Counted from the first letter of the stretch, positions 17,298-27,067 are shown. The stretch is 64,000 nucleotides of DNA from a virus (IMGVR_UViG_3300025073_000989), one strand, 5' to 3'. Numbers and translations are program-made. Notes: generated by a model not told the origin, from the sequence alone.

Positions 17298-18460
17298 GTG
17301 CCTTTGTAATTAGGATTTCTACTTTTTATTTCTTCTATAAAATTATAAGCTGTAACTAAAATATAGTCAGGCTGGTATCCTTCAATGAACGACGAATGTT
17401 TGATTTCAATATGGGAATATGGAGTGAACTTACCTAATTTTAATGGTGAGTCGTCTATAATATAAGGAATATCTTTACTTGTAATTCCAAAATTAGCAAA
17501 TAAAATATTAGCCTGCCCACTGGCACCATAAGCTACTATACGTTTTCTTTGAGAACGGACTTCTTCTAAGAAGTGCCCAACCTCCAAAGTAGACCTCTCA
17601 ACTCCAACTTTAAACTCTGAGACTAGGTCTAATATCTTATCTACTTTTGGATTTACATAAGATAACACATTACTTCTTTCAAAGGCGCAGTTAATACTCC
17701 CGCCATGTATTGTGTTCTTTGAGCACGATACTAGTTTATACCCGTAGTTAGACATTAAATGAGCCAGAGTATCCGCGGTATAATAAAATAGATGCTCATG
17801 ATAGAAAAATGGAAAACATAATTCTTTTAATAAATACTCGAAATCTTGTACTTGAATAATTAGTTTACCCTTATCTGCTAAGAGAACATCGATGCCGACT
17901 ATAACGCTTCTTAAGTCTTCCATATGCGCAAAATTATTAGCAGAGTATATAATATCCATCTCGCCCCAAGAGTTCTTAATATCATAAGCATTTTCTGTAT
18001 CAAAAAAGTCGTTAATTAAAACTACATCTTTGGGAGTGTTTAACTGCGCAGTGTCTGAAGGGTCTACATTTATAAACGTGTGGCCATACTCGGATAGGCG
18101 CTCACCTAGTGGGCAGGAATTGCCGCCAATTTCTAAAATCTGTAAGGGACCACCGCTTTCCTTATGAATAAGTTCTGCTTGAGAATAGAAAAAATCTCTA
18201 AGAGTACTTATGGTATGTGTTTTATAAAAATATTTTCTAAATAGAAACTCTTTAGGAATAAAACACCGCTGATCTAGCTGTGCTATGCCGCAACTCTTAC
18301 ATAGAATAATGTTTAAAGGCAGAAGTTCATCATCCTTAGGGCTAGTTAAAAAATTACCAGCTATAGGACTATTTGCTATGTAGAATATAGACTCTACATT
18401 TTTAGAATTACAGAAATAACAAGTCATCATATTTTCCATTAGTATAAGTTTTGCCTTCAA
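17261..18460 (-). CDS. NDP-sugar C-methyltransferase (TcaB9/NovU family)
   Basis: N-terminal CxxC...CxxC zinc site, LEIGGN, NNFAH, YHEH..Y, HGGS, YGASG, DDSP.K.G. Confidence 0.88.
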   Translation of the reverse strand: MKAKLILMENMMTCYFCNSKNVESIFYIANSPIAGNFLTSPKDDELLPLNIILCKSCGIAQLDQRCFIPKEFLFRKYFYKTHTISTLRDFFYSQAELIHKESGGPLQILEIGGNSCPLGERLSEYGHTFINVDPSDTAQLNTPKDVVLINDFFDTENAYDIKNSWGEMDIIYSANNFAHMEDLRSVIVGIDVLLADKGKLIIQVQDFEYLLKELCFPFFYHEHLFYYTADTLAHLMSNYGYKLVSCSKNTIHGGSINCAFERSNVLSYVNPKVDKILDLVSEFKVGVERSTLEVGHFLEEVRSQRKRIVAYGASGQANILFANFGITSKDIPYIIDDSPLKLGKFTPYSHIEIKHSSFIEGYQPDYILVTAYNFIEEIKSRNPNYKGTWIVPLPRLMEA

Positions 18461-19355
18461 ACACTTCAGCGTCTTCGCTAGCAGTAATTAACAGCAATCC
18501 ATCATAACATTTTACTACGTATTTGTCATTAAAAATCTCTACCACTTCGCCGTATTCTTTATCTTTATAAAAATCTAACATGGTGTCCCATACTTGAGCT
18601 GCCCATATCATTATCTTCTTACCCTTGTAAAAAGTAAAAGCCCCAGGATAAGGAAAAGTCACGGCACGTATTAGATTGTAAATATCAAACACCGAAGTGG
18701 TCCAATCTATCTCCCCGTCCTCTGGAACACGTTTAGAAAAGTAGGAAGGCATACCAACTTGTTTAGTAGGTACTAAATCTCCGTTTAGTAACTTAGGTAT
18801 AGTACGAGATAGCATGTACTTAACTACTACGCTTACTTTATAGTATAGAGTTTCACAAGTATCGGTCTCTCGTATCTCAAATATCTGGTAATCTAATATG
18901 TCGCCTTCGTCTATTCCAGGCACTATGGTAAATAGATTCCATATTAAGCGCTTCTTGCCTTTAATAATAGACCAGTTTAATGGGGAACGGCCTCTTCCTT
19001 TTGGAAGAAACTCAGAGCTACCATGCTGCCCTATAGGATACTCTATAGTACTTAGTATCTCTTGTGAAATTAATCTCTGCCAGCCGCCAAGTAAAAGAAT
19101 ATCAAACTTATTATCTTTAAAATAATCAATATCTTGAGTATCTTTAAAACTATAGGAGTTGGCATAGTATATTTCTATACCTAGCGCATTAGCCAAGTCC
19201 TCGTAGGATACCCAAGTGCTTTCACTTTTATTTTTTATTGCTGTCTCTTTTGAAATGGTTACAATATGTGTAACTTTGATATCTTTACTAAATAAAAACT
19301 TAATTATATCCTTACCTTGTTCTTGTATACCACATAACACTATTTTATTAAGCAT
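18408..19355 (-). CDS. N10-formyl-THF-dependent formyltransferase (ArnA-N/Fmt-like, probably sugar N-formyltransferase)
   Basis: GWQRLI, H.S..LP.GRGRSP.NW, DEGDIL, DG.IDW, IRA...PYPGAF. Confidence 0.88.
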   Translation of the reverse strand: MLNKIVLCGIQEQGKDIIKFLFSKDIKVTHIVTISKETAIKNKSESTWVSYEDLANALGIEIYYANSYSFKDTQDIDYFKDNKFDILLLGGWQRLISQEILSTIEYPIGQHGSSEFLPKGRGRSPLNWSIIKGKKRLIWNLFTIVPGIDEGDILDYQIFEIRETDTCETLYYKVSVVVKYMLSRTIPKLLNGDLVPTKQVGMPSYFSKRVPEDGEIDWTTSVFDIYNLIRAVTFPYPGAFTFYKGKKIMIWAAQVWDTMLDFYKDKEYGEVVEIFNDKYVVKCYDGLLLITASEDAEVFEGKTYTNGKYDDLLFL

Positions 19356-19357
19356 AG

Positions 19358-20284
19358 TTATAACCTCGATAAGGTATTAAACCTCGGGACTTCTAAATAG
19401 TTTACAGTGTTATACTGCTCAATACGGGTATTCTCTGTAGTAAATGCCACAGAACACCCATTAATATCTAAAGTCCTAGTTATATCATAGTTGTAAGCCC
19501 CATTAGGGTAAGAGAATGGAATAAAATTAGTATTTGACATATACTTGATAAACAATATGGATTGTTGGATATCCCTATTTCTATCATCAGGTGCCATTAA
19601 TAATAAATTCTCTGAAGAATATCCGTGACCACCAATTTCCATCCCTGCTTTAGTAAGTTCGAGCACTTCTTCAAGATTTAAATAAAATCCTTCACTAAAT
19701 TTTTTAGTGTCTTTTGTTACAAACTCTTCAAATAGCTCATCTACAATTGTATATTTATCGTTAGTGTATTCTCTAAGAAAATTGGTTATAAAAACCATTT
19801 CTTTAGACCACCAATTAGTTCTAAATTTAGAAACTGAAAAAGTGTCCCATAGTGTATCTTTTTCTTCTTTAGAAAAAAATAACTTGTTCATAATTTTATT
19901 TACAAGCAGTGCCTCACTCTCAACGCGTGAAAGAATAAACTGTATCTTATGAGAATGGATCATAGTCCTATCCAATACCGGACCTCCAGGAATTAAAAAA
20001 GTTCCAGGAACTTTATAAGCAACTAATAGTGGAAGTACATTAGTATAATGTCCTGCTAATCCATCATCAAAAGTCAGTACTGCGTAGTCATGTTCTAAGT
20101 TGTCTATGTTTAAATTGTAGAGCTGTTCACTAGATATAACTTTGTAATTTGTAGTTATATGCATTAATTGTGTTTCAAACTGCTTTACGCTTAGGAAAGA
20201 CTTTAGATCGTATCTTCTTTTATACTTTGGATTTATGTTATCATAGATATCATGATACATAAATATGGTAATTGAGCCATTCAC
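19358..20284 (-). CDS. NodB/polysaccharide deacetylase family (CE4) protein
   Basis: MYH, LTFDDG, EIGGHG, FSYPNG, PRF. Confidence 0.88.
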   Translation of the reverse strand: MNGSITIFMYHDIYDNINPKYKRRYDLKSFLSVKQFETQLMHITTNYKVISSEQLYNLNIDNLEHDYAVLTFDDGLAGHYTNVLPLLVAYKVPGTFLIPGGPVLDRTMIHSHKIQFILSRVESEALLVNKIMNKLFFSKEEKDTLWDTFSVSKFRTNWWSKEMVFITNFLREYTNDKYTIVDELFEEFVTKDTKKFSEGFYLNLEEVLELTKAGMEIGGHGYSSENLLLMAPDDRNRDIQQSILFIKYMSNTNFIPFSYPNGAYNYDITRTLDINGCSVAFTTENTRIEQYNTVNYLEVPRFNTLSRL

Positions 20285-21090
20285 GAGTCGCGCTCCCCCT
20301 CAATGAAATGTGATATTGGGGCATCAAATACGGTGATATGTTGCATACCAAATTGAACGCCTAATATATCATTGAAGTAGTAATCGTCAGCTGATTTATA
20401 TACAGGTCTATCATTAGGATGCCCAAACTCAACACCTTGGCGACCAAAAAAAGCATTACCAATAGGGTACATACCACTCTCAATAAAACGTTCTTTACTA
20501 ATTACACACGGGCCAAATAGGCCTCCTGGTTTAGTGATATCATCTTTAATTGATTCAGAAAAAGCCATCCAATCTTTCCATTGAAATGTTGTGGGGTCTA
20601 CCCCAAAATTGTTACCTAAATAAGTTAGTAGGTTTATCCCGTACATACCACTATCCATCTTACCAGACTCTATTAGTCGGCCACAAGGAATATTTATACC
20701 ATCGTGGTGCTTCAATAAGTTGGCTAACCACCATCTACAAAACCCAAAGTCTGAATTTACAAAACATAAGTTGTCGTAAGTACTTGTTTGGCCTCCATAA
20801 TTATAAGCTCGGTAGACTCTATTTAAATAAAACTCGTTTGGGTCTGGCGCGTTGTACACTGTGTAAGGAATATCTAAAGTAGAAAGTACATCTAGTACCT
20901 CTTCTGTAGCATCGTTAGCAATTATCCTAACACCGACATCCCATCCTGGTACGTTACACAAGTCGCTTTTAAGCTGGTCAGCAATAAAATGTAGATAGTC
21001 TAAAGACTTATATATCAGAGATATTACTTCTATATTATTTTTAATCATATTAGGTCTCTTTATTAAAATAAAAGTTAGGGTACTTAGCAA
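20281..21090 (-). CDS. GT-A fold glycosyltransferase (GT2-like), paralog of 15893..16678
   Basis: RAYNYG, FVNSDF.F..WWL..L, G..P, DD..F. Confidence 0.65.
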   Translation of the reverse strand: MLSTLTFILIKRPNMIKNNIEVISLIYKSLDYLHFIADQLKSDLCNVPGWDVGVRIIANDATEEVLDVLSTLDIPYTVYNAPDPNEFYLNRVYRAYNYGGQTSTYDNLCFVNSDFGFCRWWLANLLKHHDGINIPCGRLIESGKMDSGMYGINLLTYLGNNFGVDPTTFQWKDWMAFSESIKDDITKPGGLFGPCVISKERFIESGMYPIGNAFFGRQGVEFGHPNDRPVYKSADDYYFNDILGVQFGMQHITVFDAPISHFIEGERDS

Positions 21091-21844
21091 TAAACTTCAT
21101 AATACATTTAGGTGCTAAATCATTTTCAAATATATTGACGATACTCTTCTGGGCCAAAGGTTCGGTTCTGTTCCATAAGTCTGTTTGGGAAAGCATCTTC
21201 TTCTCTATATCCTCTATGCCGCCGACACTATTAATTATAACGTGAGACTCTGCTATGTTCTCGACCTTAAGACGTATCTTTTCAGCGCCGCCCATATAGC
21301 TGTAATGCCAGCCCCCATTAGGTACTGAATTACTACAATTAAATGCCCCTATTCTACTTGTCTGGACAGACTCGTAGTGGCCTCTAGTTAGTATGACTGG
21401 AGCTGACCATAGTTGGTTTTGTTTACAATTTACATAGTAATAAAATAGGTGTTGTTGTAATGCTACAGGATTATTAGTATTTAGATTAGCTAGTACAGTA
21501 GTAGGGTTAGGTATCTCATCTATATCTGATATGACGATTTTATCCCCCTCTACTGCCATGCTCTCAAGGCCTCTTTCAATACAGAGTCTTTGAAAGTTTT
21601 CAGGTACCCACATAGTTCCTAGAGTGTAGTCAGGTAAGTCCTCTACTTTAATGTAAATAATCTTATTTAAGTAAGGAGTAAATAGATGTTTATTTTGTGC
21701 AAAAATAAACTCTTTAGGTTTTCCTGTATGGGTCTTGTTTGCCTCAACTAAAACAAAGTGGTCAACAGTATCATATAAGGTCATTAGTCTTAAATCTAAT
21801 AACTCTAGCTCATTGAAGAATGTAAAGCAATCAAATATTTGCAT
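21050..21844 (-). CDS. Glycosyltransferase family 17 (GnT-III-like)
   Basis: DCFTFFNELELL.LRL, FVLVEA..TH.G..K, E..QR, SDIDEIP, GWHYSY. Confidence 0.88.
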   Translation of the reverse strand: MQIFDCFTFFNELELLDLRLMTLYDTVDHFVLVEANKTHTGKPKEFIFAQNKHLFTPYLNKIIYIKVEDLPDYTLGTMWVPENFQRLCIERGLESMAVEGDKIVISDIDEIPNPTTVLANLNTNNPVALQQHLFYYYVNCKQNQLWSAPVILTRGHYESVQTSRIGAFNCSNSVPNGGWHYSYMGGAEKIRLKVENIAESHVIINSVGGIEDIEKKMLSQTDLWNRTEPLAQKSIVNIFENDLAPKCIMKFIAKYPNFYFNKET

Positions 21845-21845
21845 G

Positions 21846-22460
21846 CTACACCTTCACTACATGGAAGACATGGTGCCCCTGTACTATGCCGATATCGACC
21901 TCTCTGCTGAAAGGAGCTGCACACATACAATGCATATCATTAAATATCTTTTCTAAGAAGCCTGGAGACCTACATAATCCACCATTTTTAATATCGTCTA
22001 AAGAAGGCTGCTCACCATTATCCTCAAAAGACTTATTAGACACAAACTCTATAGCTAACACTCCGTGGGTATTTAACACTCGAACTATTTCTTCTAGCTC
22101 TTCAATTAATAGTTTAGTGGGCACATGCTGCACTACATTATTACAAATAATAACATCGTAGTAATCTGATGAGATACTCTTTATGTCCTTAATACTATAG
22201 GTGTGTTCGCAGTATGGAGTTACTCTAGCCAAAGCTACATCTGATATATCTAACGCAGATACCTTGGCGCCAGCTTCATAAAGCCCTTGAGTAACGTAGC
22301 CTAAACCTACTCCTATCTCTAGTACTTTTGTATCTTTTTGGATATAAGAGTTTAAGTGTAAAAAAGCTATTGTTTCTTTGTAGTCACAACCAGACAATGC
22401 GTCTGTATTGTTTGCGGTATGTTGCGTATCCCAAAATTTTTCTACTAAATCTTCTGTCAT
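21846..22460 (-). CDS. Class I SAM-dependent methyltransferase
   Basis: VLEIGVGLG, LDIS, VVQHV, RVL...G. Confidence 0.85.
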   Translation of the reverse strand: MTEDLVEKFWDTQHTANNTDALSGCDYKETIAFLHLNSYIQKDTKVLEIGVGLGYVTQGLYEAGAKVSALDISDVALARVTPYCEHTYSIKDIKSISSDYYDVIICNNVVQHVPTKLLIEELEEIVRVLNTHGVLAIEFVSNKSFEDNGEQPSLDDIKNGGLCRSPGFLEKIFNDMHCMCAAPFSREVDIGIVQGHHVFHVVKV

Positions 22461-22490
22461 AATTTATTTACCAAATAAAAAAACTCTGCA

Positions 22491-23318
22491 TTAAATTGTA
22501 TCTCCCACGTAGAAACTATTTTTCACGTAATAGTCTGTTAATTTTAAAGACTGCTCATACAGTGCTTTATTTTTTGCCAATCGACTAGAAAAGTTAGGTA
22601 TGTCGCTTAATACAGATGGGTGGTATTGATGCAAACAAAACGGGCTTTCTACCATAACTGTATTCATTTTCTTCTTAATAACTCTTTCAGCAAACTCTGT
22701 ATCATCATAGGAGTGCCCATCAAAAAACCTTTCATCGAAGCCGCCCAAACTTCTCATATCTTCCATGGCCATGGATGTTAAAAAATTAAACATGCACGGT
22801 CTATATATTGGATGAGCAAACCAAGAGCTATAACGTCCTGCTGAAGACTCGCAGCTGTTTTTAGTAAAACCTCCTATAATTTCACTAACACTGTCGTACG
22901 ATGTAGTGAGTGTAAAATCTATATTAATTAAATTCTTAGTAGACTGCTTGCTTAATGAATAGCATGAAAATACTAGGTACTGATTATCTTTATTATTATC
23001 AGCAACAAACTGTAAAACATCACCGACGTACATACACTCTGGGCTTTGTAAAATTATTATATCACCAACAGCCATGGCTATTCCCATATTGTACGGAATA
23101 CAGGGATTAACATGTGTCTTATTTTCCTTGTCTATCCTTACCAACTTAATAAAAGGAAAGTAACAAACAAGGTCTTCTAGTCTGTGATCAGTATCACTAG
23201 CATCGTCTACTATAATATACTCAAAATCTTTAAATGTAGATTGCTCCATAGTTCTTAATGTATTTAGTAATTCAAATTTACGATTGTAGTAAGGAGAAAC
23301 TATTGATATCTTAGGCAT
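22491..23318 (-). CDS. Glycosyltransferase family 2
   Basis: ISIVSPYYNR, IIVDDAS, YNMG, GGFDE, YDD.EF, HQYH. Confidence 0.88.
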   Translation of the reverse strand: MPKISIVSPYYNRKFELLNTLRTMEQSTFKDFEYIIVDDASDTDHRLEDLVCYFPFIKLVRIDKENKTHVNPCIPYNMGIAMAVGDIIILQSPECMYVGDVLQFVADNNKDNQYLVFSCYSLSKQSTKNLINIDFTLTTSYDSVSEIIGGFTKNSCESSAGRYSSWFAHPIYRPCMFNFLTSMAMEDMRSLGGFDERFFDGHSYDDTEFAERVIKKKMNTVMVESPFCLHQYHPSVLSDIPNFSSRLAKNKALYEQSLKLTDYYVKNSFYVGDTI

Positions 23319-24164
23319 TTAAATATACCCTTCTAGCTTAAGTATAGTTGTCATACTACAGTTCCTATTAAGCCCATCGTTATTTAGATAATGCTTGCTT
23401 AACCTATGCCCATTATACCAATGTATGCACATAACATTATCATTAATACAACTCAAATCATTTTTCATATACAGGTTGTTAATACTAATGGTGTTATCAA
23501 TTTGAATAGGGTGGATGTTATATGGGTAGTATGTAGAAAATTTAGCCCCAACAATACCATCAAATTCAGATAGTGAATCCAATGTAGGATAAAGCTTACT
23601 AAGCATACAGCTACCGAATACTTCATGACTAAAAGGAGGAGTAACTTTCTTTGTTTGCTCTACCAAAGACCCAACATAAGGATCTTGTTTACTATGAATC
23701 ATAATACCAATACTATGGCCACCACCAAAATCATTTATAAAAGATACTACAGCAGTTATATCATCTACAACAACGTCACCAACATAATGATTTTTATTGA
23801 AATGGGACATTGGTTTTAGCCACAGTACATCAAAGTCTGACCAAACCCCTCCTTGCTCATATAACAAATGGTATCTTAATATATCTGATCTTAAAATATT
23901 ATGATGATTTAAATCTATAGAATATTTATTTAAATCTATTTTTTTAACATCAACATACTCTTTGTTTACAACAGAATCAAAATAATCTTTTCCTGTATAG
24001 TCTGGTATATATTTATTACCCCCAAGATATGGCTGCTCTGGTATATACAAGTTTATATTCCAATCAGGATTTAATCTATGGAAGGATTCTACGGTAAATG
24101 TCTGTAATTTAGACATACTACTGCCATTCCAATACAGATGCAATTCTTTAGGTATTTTAAACAT
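23319..24164 (-). CDS. Glycosyltransferase family 32 (OCH1-like DxD)
   Basis: IPK.LH.YW, SD.LRY.LLY..GGVW.DFD, HWY. Confidence 0.85.
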   Translation of the reverse strand: MFKIPKELHLYWNGSSMSKLQTFTVESFHRLNPDWNINLYIPEQPYLGGNKYIPDYTGKDYFDSVVNKEYVDVKKIDLNKYSIDLNHHNILRSDILRYHLLYEQGGVWSDFDVLWLKPMSHFNKNHYVGDVVVDDITAVVSFINDFGGGHSIGIMIHSKQDPYVGSLVEQTKKVTPPFSHEVFGSCMLSKLYPTLDSLSEFDGIVGAKFSTYYPYNIHPIQIDNTISINNLYMKNDLSCINDNVMCIHWYNGHRLSKHYLNNDGLNRNCSMTTILKLEGYI

Positions 24165-24166
24165 AA

Positions 24167-24739
24167 TTATAAAACTAATTCCTCTACAATTTTCTCCAAA
24201 TCATAGGTTCTCTGTTCATGCACACACTCATAAAACCCTTTTTCATCAATTTCTTTTAGTTTGGCAATTAGATACTTCTCTACTCTATCACTTAGCGTTT
24301 GTGAAGCCTGACTCATATGTGCTGGCCGATTATTAACTCTGAAATCTTCACGTTTAATGGTTTCAATAGACAAACGATCCATCATTTCTCCTAGGCTATA
24401 CACAATGTCGTCACTAGCCCAACTATCAGAAGGCACTACTTCTACAGTACTTTTAATCTTTGATATAAATTTATTAATCCTGGCTTTAGAAGAAACCCTG
24501 TACTCACCAACACTCCTAGCTACCCACTCCATATCAGCTATTAACTTATTATTAACCTCGGTCTTTTTTCTTTCAGCAATTACAAGCATGTTGGATTTGT
24601 AGCACCTAAAATTAGCATCAGATAATATATAAACATACTCCATCAACTCATCTATATCATACATTGAAATATGGTTTGGACAAAAAATCTCAGAAACATG
24701 TTTGTAAAAATCACTAAAATCAATTTTCTCAAGAATCAT
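24167..24739 (-). CDS. DUF4254-like helical protein
   Basis: SLGEMMDRLSI..IK motif with upstream helical segment. Confidence 0.5.
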   Translation of the reverse strand: MILEKIDFSDFYKHVSEIFCPNHISMYDIDELMEYVYILSDANFRCYKSNMLVIAERKKTEVNNKLIADMEWVARSVGEYRVSSKARINKFISKIKSTVEVVPSDSWASDDIVYSLGEMMDRLSIETIKREDFRVNNRPAHMSQASQTLSDRVEKYLIAKLKEIDEKGFYECVHEQRTYDLEKIVEELVL

Positions 24740-24752
24740 AACTATCTCCTTT

Positions 24753-25820
24753 TTACTTTCCTAAAATTATATTTATTACTATATCAGAAACATTCTCCAC
24801 CAAATAATCAGACGGAGGAAACCATCTTATGCTCCTTTTATTTAATATATTAAAAGCATCTAACATGTTTTCATACTTTGTTCCAGTTAAAATAGAAGAG
24901 CCACACTCAATCAGCTCTTGTCTCTCTGTGGACTCTCTTATTATAATAGAATGAATACCAAACAAACAGGTTTCTTCCGTTACTGTGCCCGAGTCAGATA
25001 TTACCATCTTTGAATTTTTCTCTAAATTAACAAAATCAAAAAAACCAAGAGGCTCTGATAATATAACTCTTTCAGAAGTAAAAGTCAACCCAGATCCTAT
25101 TATTTTATCTTTTGTTCTTGGATGTACTGAAAAAAGCACCTTGTATGTTTTTGATATGGTATTTATTGCATTCACAATATTAGATAATACTTCCAGATTA
25201 TCTACATTCTCTGCTCTATGGGCAGTTACTAATACATAGGTTTGTTTATTTAGAGCCAACCTATCCAGTATATCACTACTGTCTATATCTTTTTTATAAT
25301 AGTTTAGGACTTCTAATATAGGATTACCAATCTTAAATACTTTATTTTTATGATAACCCTCATTTAAAAGATTTTGTTTGCTATTATCAGTGTAAGGTAG
25401 ATTATATGTAGATAAACTATCAATTATCTTTCTATTGCCTTCCTCTGGAACTAGATCATTAAAACATCTATTCCCTGCCTCCATATGTATTATTGGTATA
25501 CCGTTCCTATTGGCTAATATAGAAAGTAATCCTGAATTAGTATCACCTAAAATTAATATTTTATCAGGCTTTTCTTTTTTTAGTATCTCTTCAAATTCTA
25601 TCAGCGCGTTTCCTAAAAATTTACTAAACCCACTTTGTGGTTTAAATATATAATCTGGATTCCTTATTCTTAACTCATCAAAGAAAACAGTAGATAAACT
25701 AGCGGTGTAATTCTGGTTGGTAAAAACTAGAACGTGGTCTACTAACTTATCTAATTTGTTTATTATAACAGACAACCTTATTAGTTCTGGACGAGTTCCA
25801 GCTATAGTAAGAACTCTCAT
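24753..25820 (-). CDS. Non-hydrolysing UDP-HexNAc 2-epimerase (FnlC/WbjD/WbvD-like)
   Basis: GTRPELIRLS, GDTNS, HMEAG.R, PEE.NR, HR.EN, HPRT, SDSG...EE, TERQE. Confidence 0.92.
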   Translation of the reverse strand: MRVLTIAGTRPELIRLSVIINKLDKLVDHVLVFTNQNYTASLSTVFFDELRIRNPDYIFKPQSGFSKFLGNALIEFEEILKKEKPDKILILGDTNSGLLSILANRNGIPIIHMEAGNRCFNDLVPEEGNRKIIDSLSTYNLPYTDNSKQNLLNEGYHKNKVFKIGNPILEVLNYYKKDIDSSDILDRLALNKQTYVLVTAHRAENVDNLEVLSNIVNAINTISKTYKVLFSVHPRTKDKIIGSGLTFTSERVILSEPLGFFDFVNLEKNSKMVISDSGTVTEETCLFGIHSIIIRESTERQELIECGSSILTGTKYENMLDAFNILNKRSIRWFPPSDYLVENVSDIVINIILGK

Positions 25821-26557
25821 ACAACACTATCTCTTATAACAAAATCTTTTATTGTCTCTGTTTGATTCCAAATTAGTCCTGTGTATGTCTTGTCATAGAA
25901 AGCAACAGTACAGCAAGTCCCATTTATCCTACCATCATGGAAAGTCCTGGATATACAAGGAACTAGCCCCTCCCAATTAAATTCTTTAAATGCTGCCTGC
26001 ATCGCCCAGTCCCAACCATAAGCATTGGCATACTTTCTAGCCAATACATCATCATACCAATACTTACCATAACACCCTTTCCAGTTTTCTTTAAAAGCAC
26101 ACCAACCAAGCCCATGAAAAGCTTTTACTTTTGTTATACCCTCGTAATCTTCCCCACCACTTGCCCAGTTAAAAAGACCATAAGACATATAAGCCAATGG
26201 GCTATCTTTAAAATTATTATAATACCAATCAGATAAATAGAACACGTCTGGAGAAAGAATAAAATCATCTTCTAAGTGCACATTAAAATCTGTCCCTAGC
26301 TCATTAAAAACATAACTCAGAACGTTATACATATTATCCCTAGCTCCGCTATGAGAACGATGTCCACTTGAATTCTTCTTGCGCAGAATTGTAATAGGTA
26401 GACTGCTTTCCTCCAAAAGCTTAATACATTCTGGACTAGCTTCAGCGCTGCATACTATTTTATAGTCTGTTAAATCATACTTTGATAAATAACCTAAAAA
26501 ATTCGCTAGATAATTTGGTCTGTACCCAACAGGAAATGTAATTGTCTTCATACGCAT
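25817..26557 (-). CDS. GT-A glycosyltransferase, GT13 (GnT-I)-like
   Basis: LEDD..LSPD.F, GLGW, WDW, P.ISRT..G pattern. Confidence 0.65.
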   Translation of the reverse strand: MRMKTITFPVGYRPNYLANFLGYLSKYDLTDYKIVCSAEASPECIKLLEESSLPITILRKKNSSGHRSHSGARDNMYNVLSYVFNELGTDFNVHLEDDFILSPDVFYLSDWYYNNFKDSPLAYMSYGLFNWASGGEDYEGITKVKAFHGLGWCAFKENWKGCYGKYWYDDVLARKYANAYGWDWAMQAAFKEFNWEGLVPCISRTFHDGRINGTCCTVAFYDKTYTGLIWNQTETIKDFVIRDSVV

Positions 26558-26564
26558 TAACTCC

Positions 26565-27053
26565 TTATTTCTTTCTTAGCTTCATTATAAAATTAGAACC
26601 TTCTTCTGTATATGATTCCTCCTCAAAACCAAAAGGTTTTAATATTCGCAGTAACCACGCCCTATCAAACATAACATAGTGAAAATTGGTTGAATAATCC
26701 TGTCCACCAAACATATGAAATGACACAAACTCAGCATTTCCATTAGTAAGATAATAGGCTGCAGCCCATTTTATATTAGGAGTTCTTATTTCCAATGTTC
26801 CGAATCTAGTTAGTACCCGCGCCCATTCCTTTAAAAAACCCTTTATGTCTTCAATTGTAAAGTGTTCTATTATATCGCTTGCTAGAATATAATCAAATTC
26901 ACCATCTTTAAACATCTGTAAATCCCTAACATCTCCTATTAGATCTACAACGTCCAAATTTGTCCTAGAATCAAAATTTATACATTCGCTACCTAGAGGA
27001 TACTCTTTGTATACACGTTCGCCACAGCCCAAATTAAGCGTCTTCTTTGGCAT
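26565..27053 (-). CDS. Class I SAM-dependent methyltransferase (paralog of 15420..15896)
   Basis: LNLGCG, SDIIEH, EW.RVL...G.L.I.TP. Confidence 0.85.
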   Translation of the reverse strand: MPKKTLNLGCGERVYKEYPLGSECINFDSRTNLDVVDLIGDVRDLQMFKDGEFDYILASDIIEHFTIEDIKGFLKEWARVLTRFGTLEIRTPNIKWAAAYYLTNGNAEFVSFHMFGGQDYSTNFHYVMFDRAWLLRILKPFGFEEESYTEEGSNFIMKLRKK

Positions 27054-27067
27054 TATACTTCTCCAAA

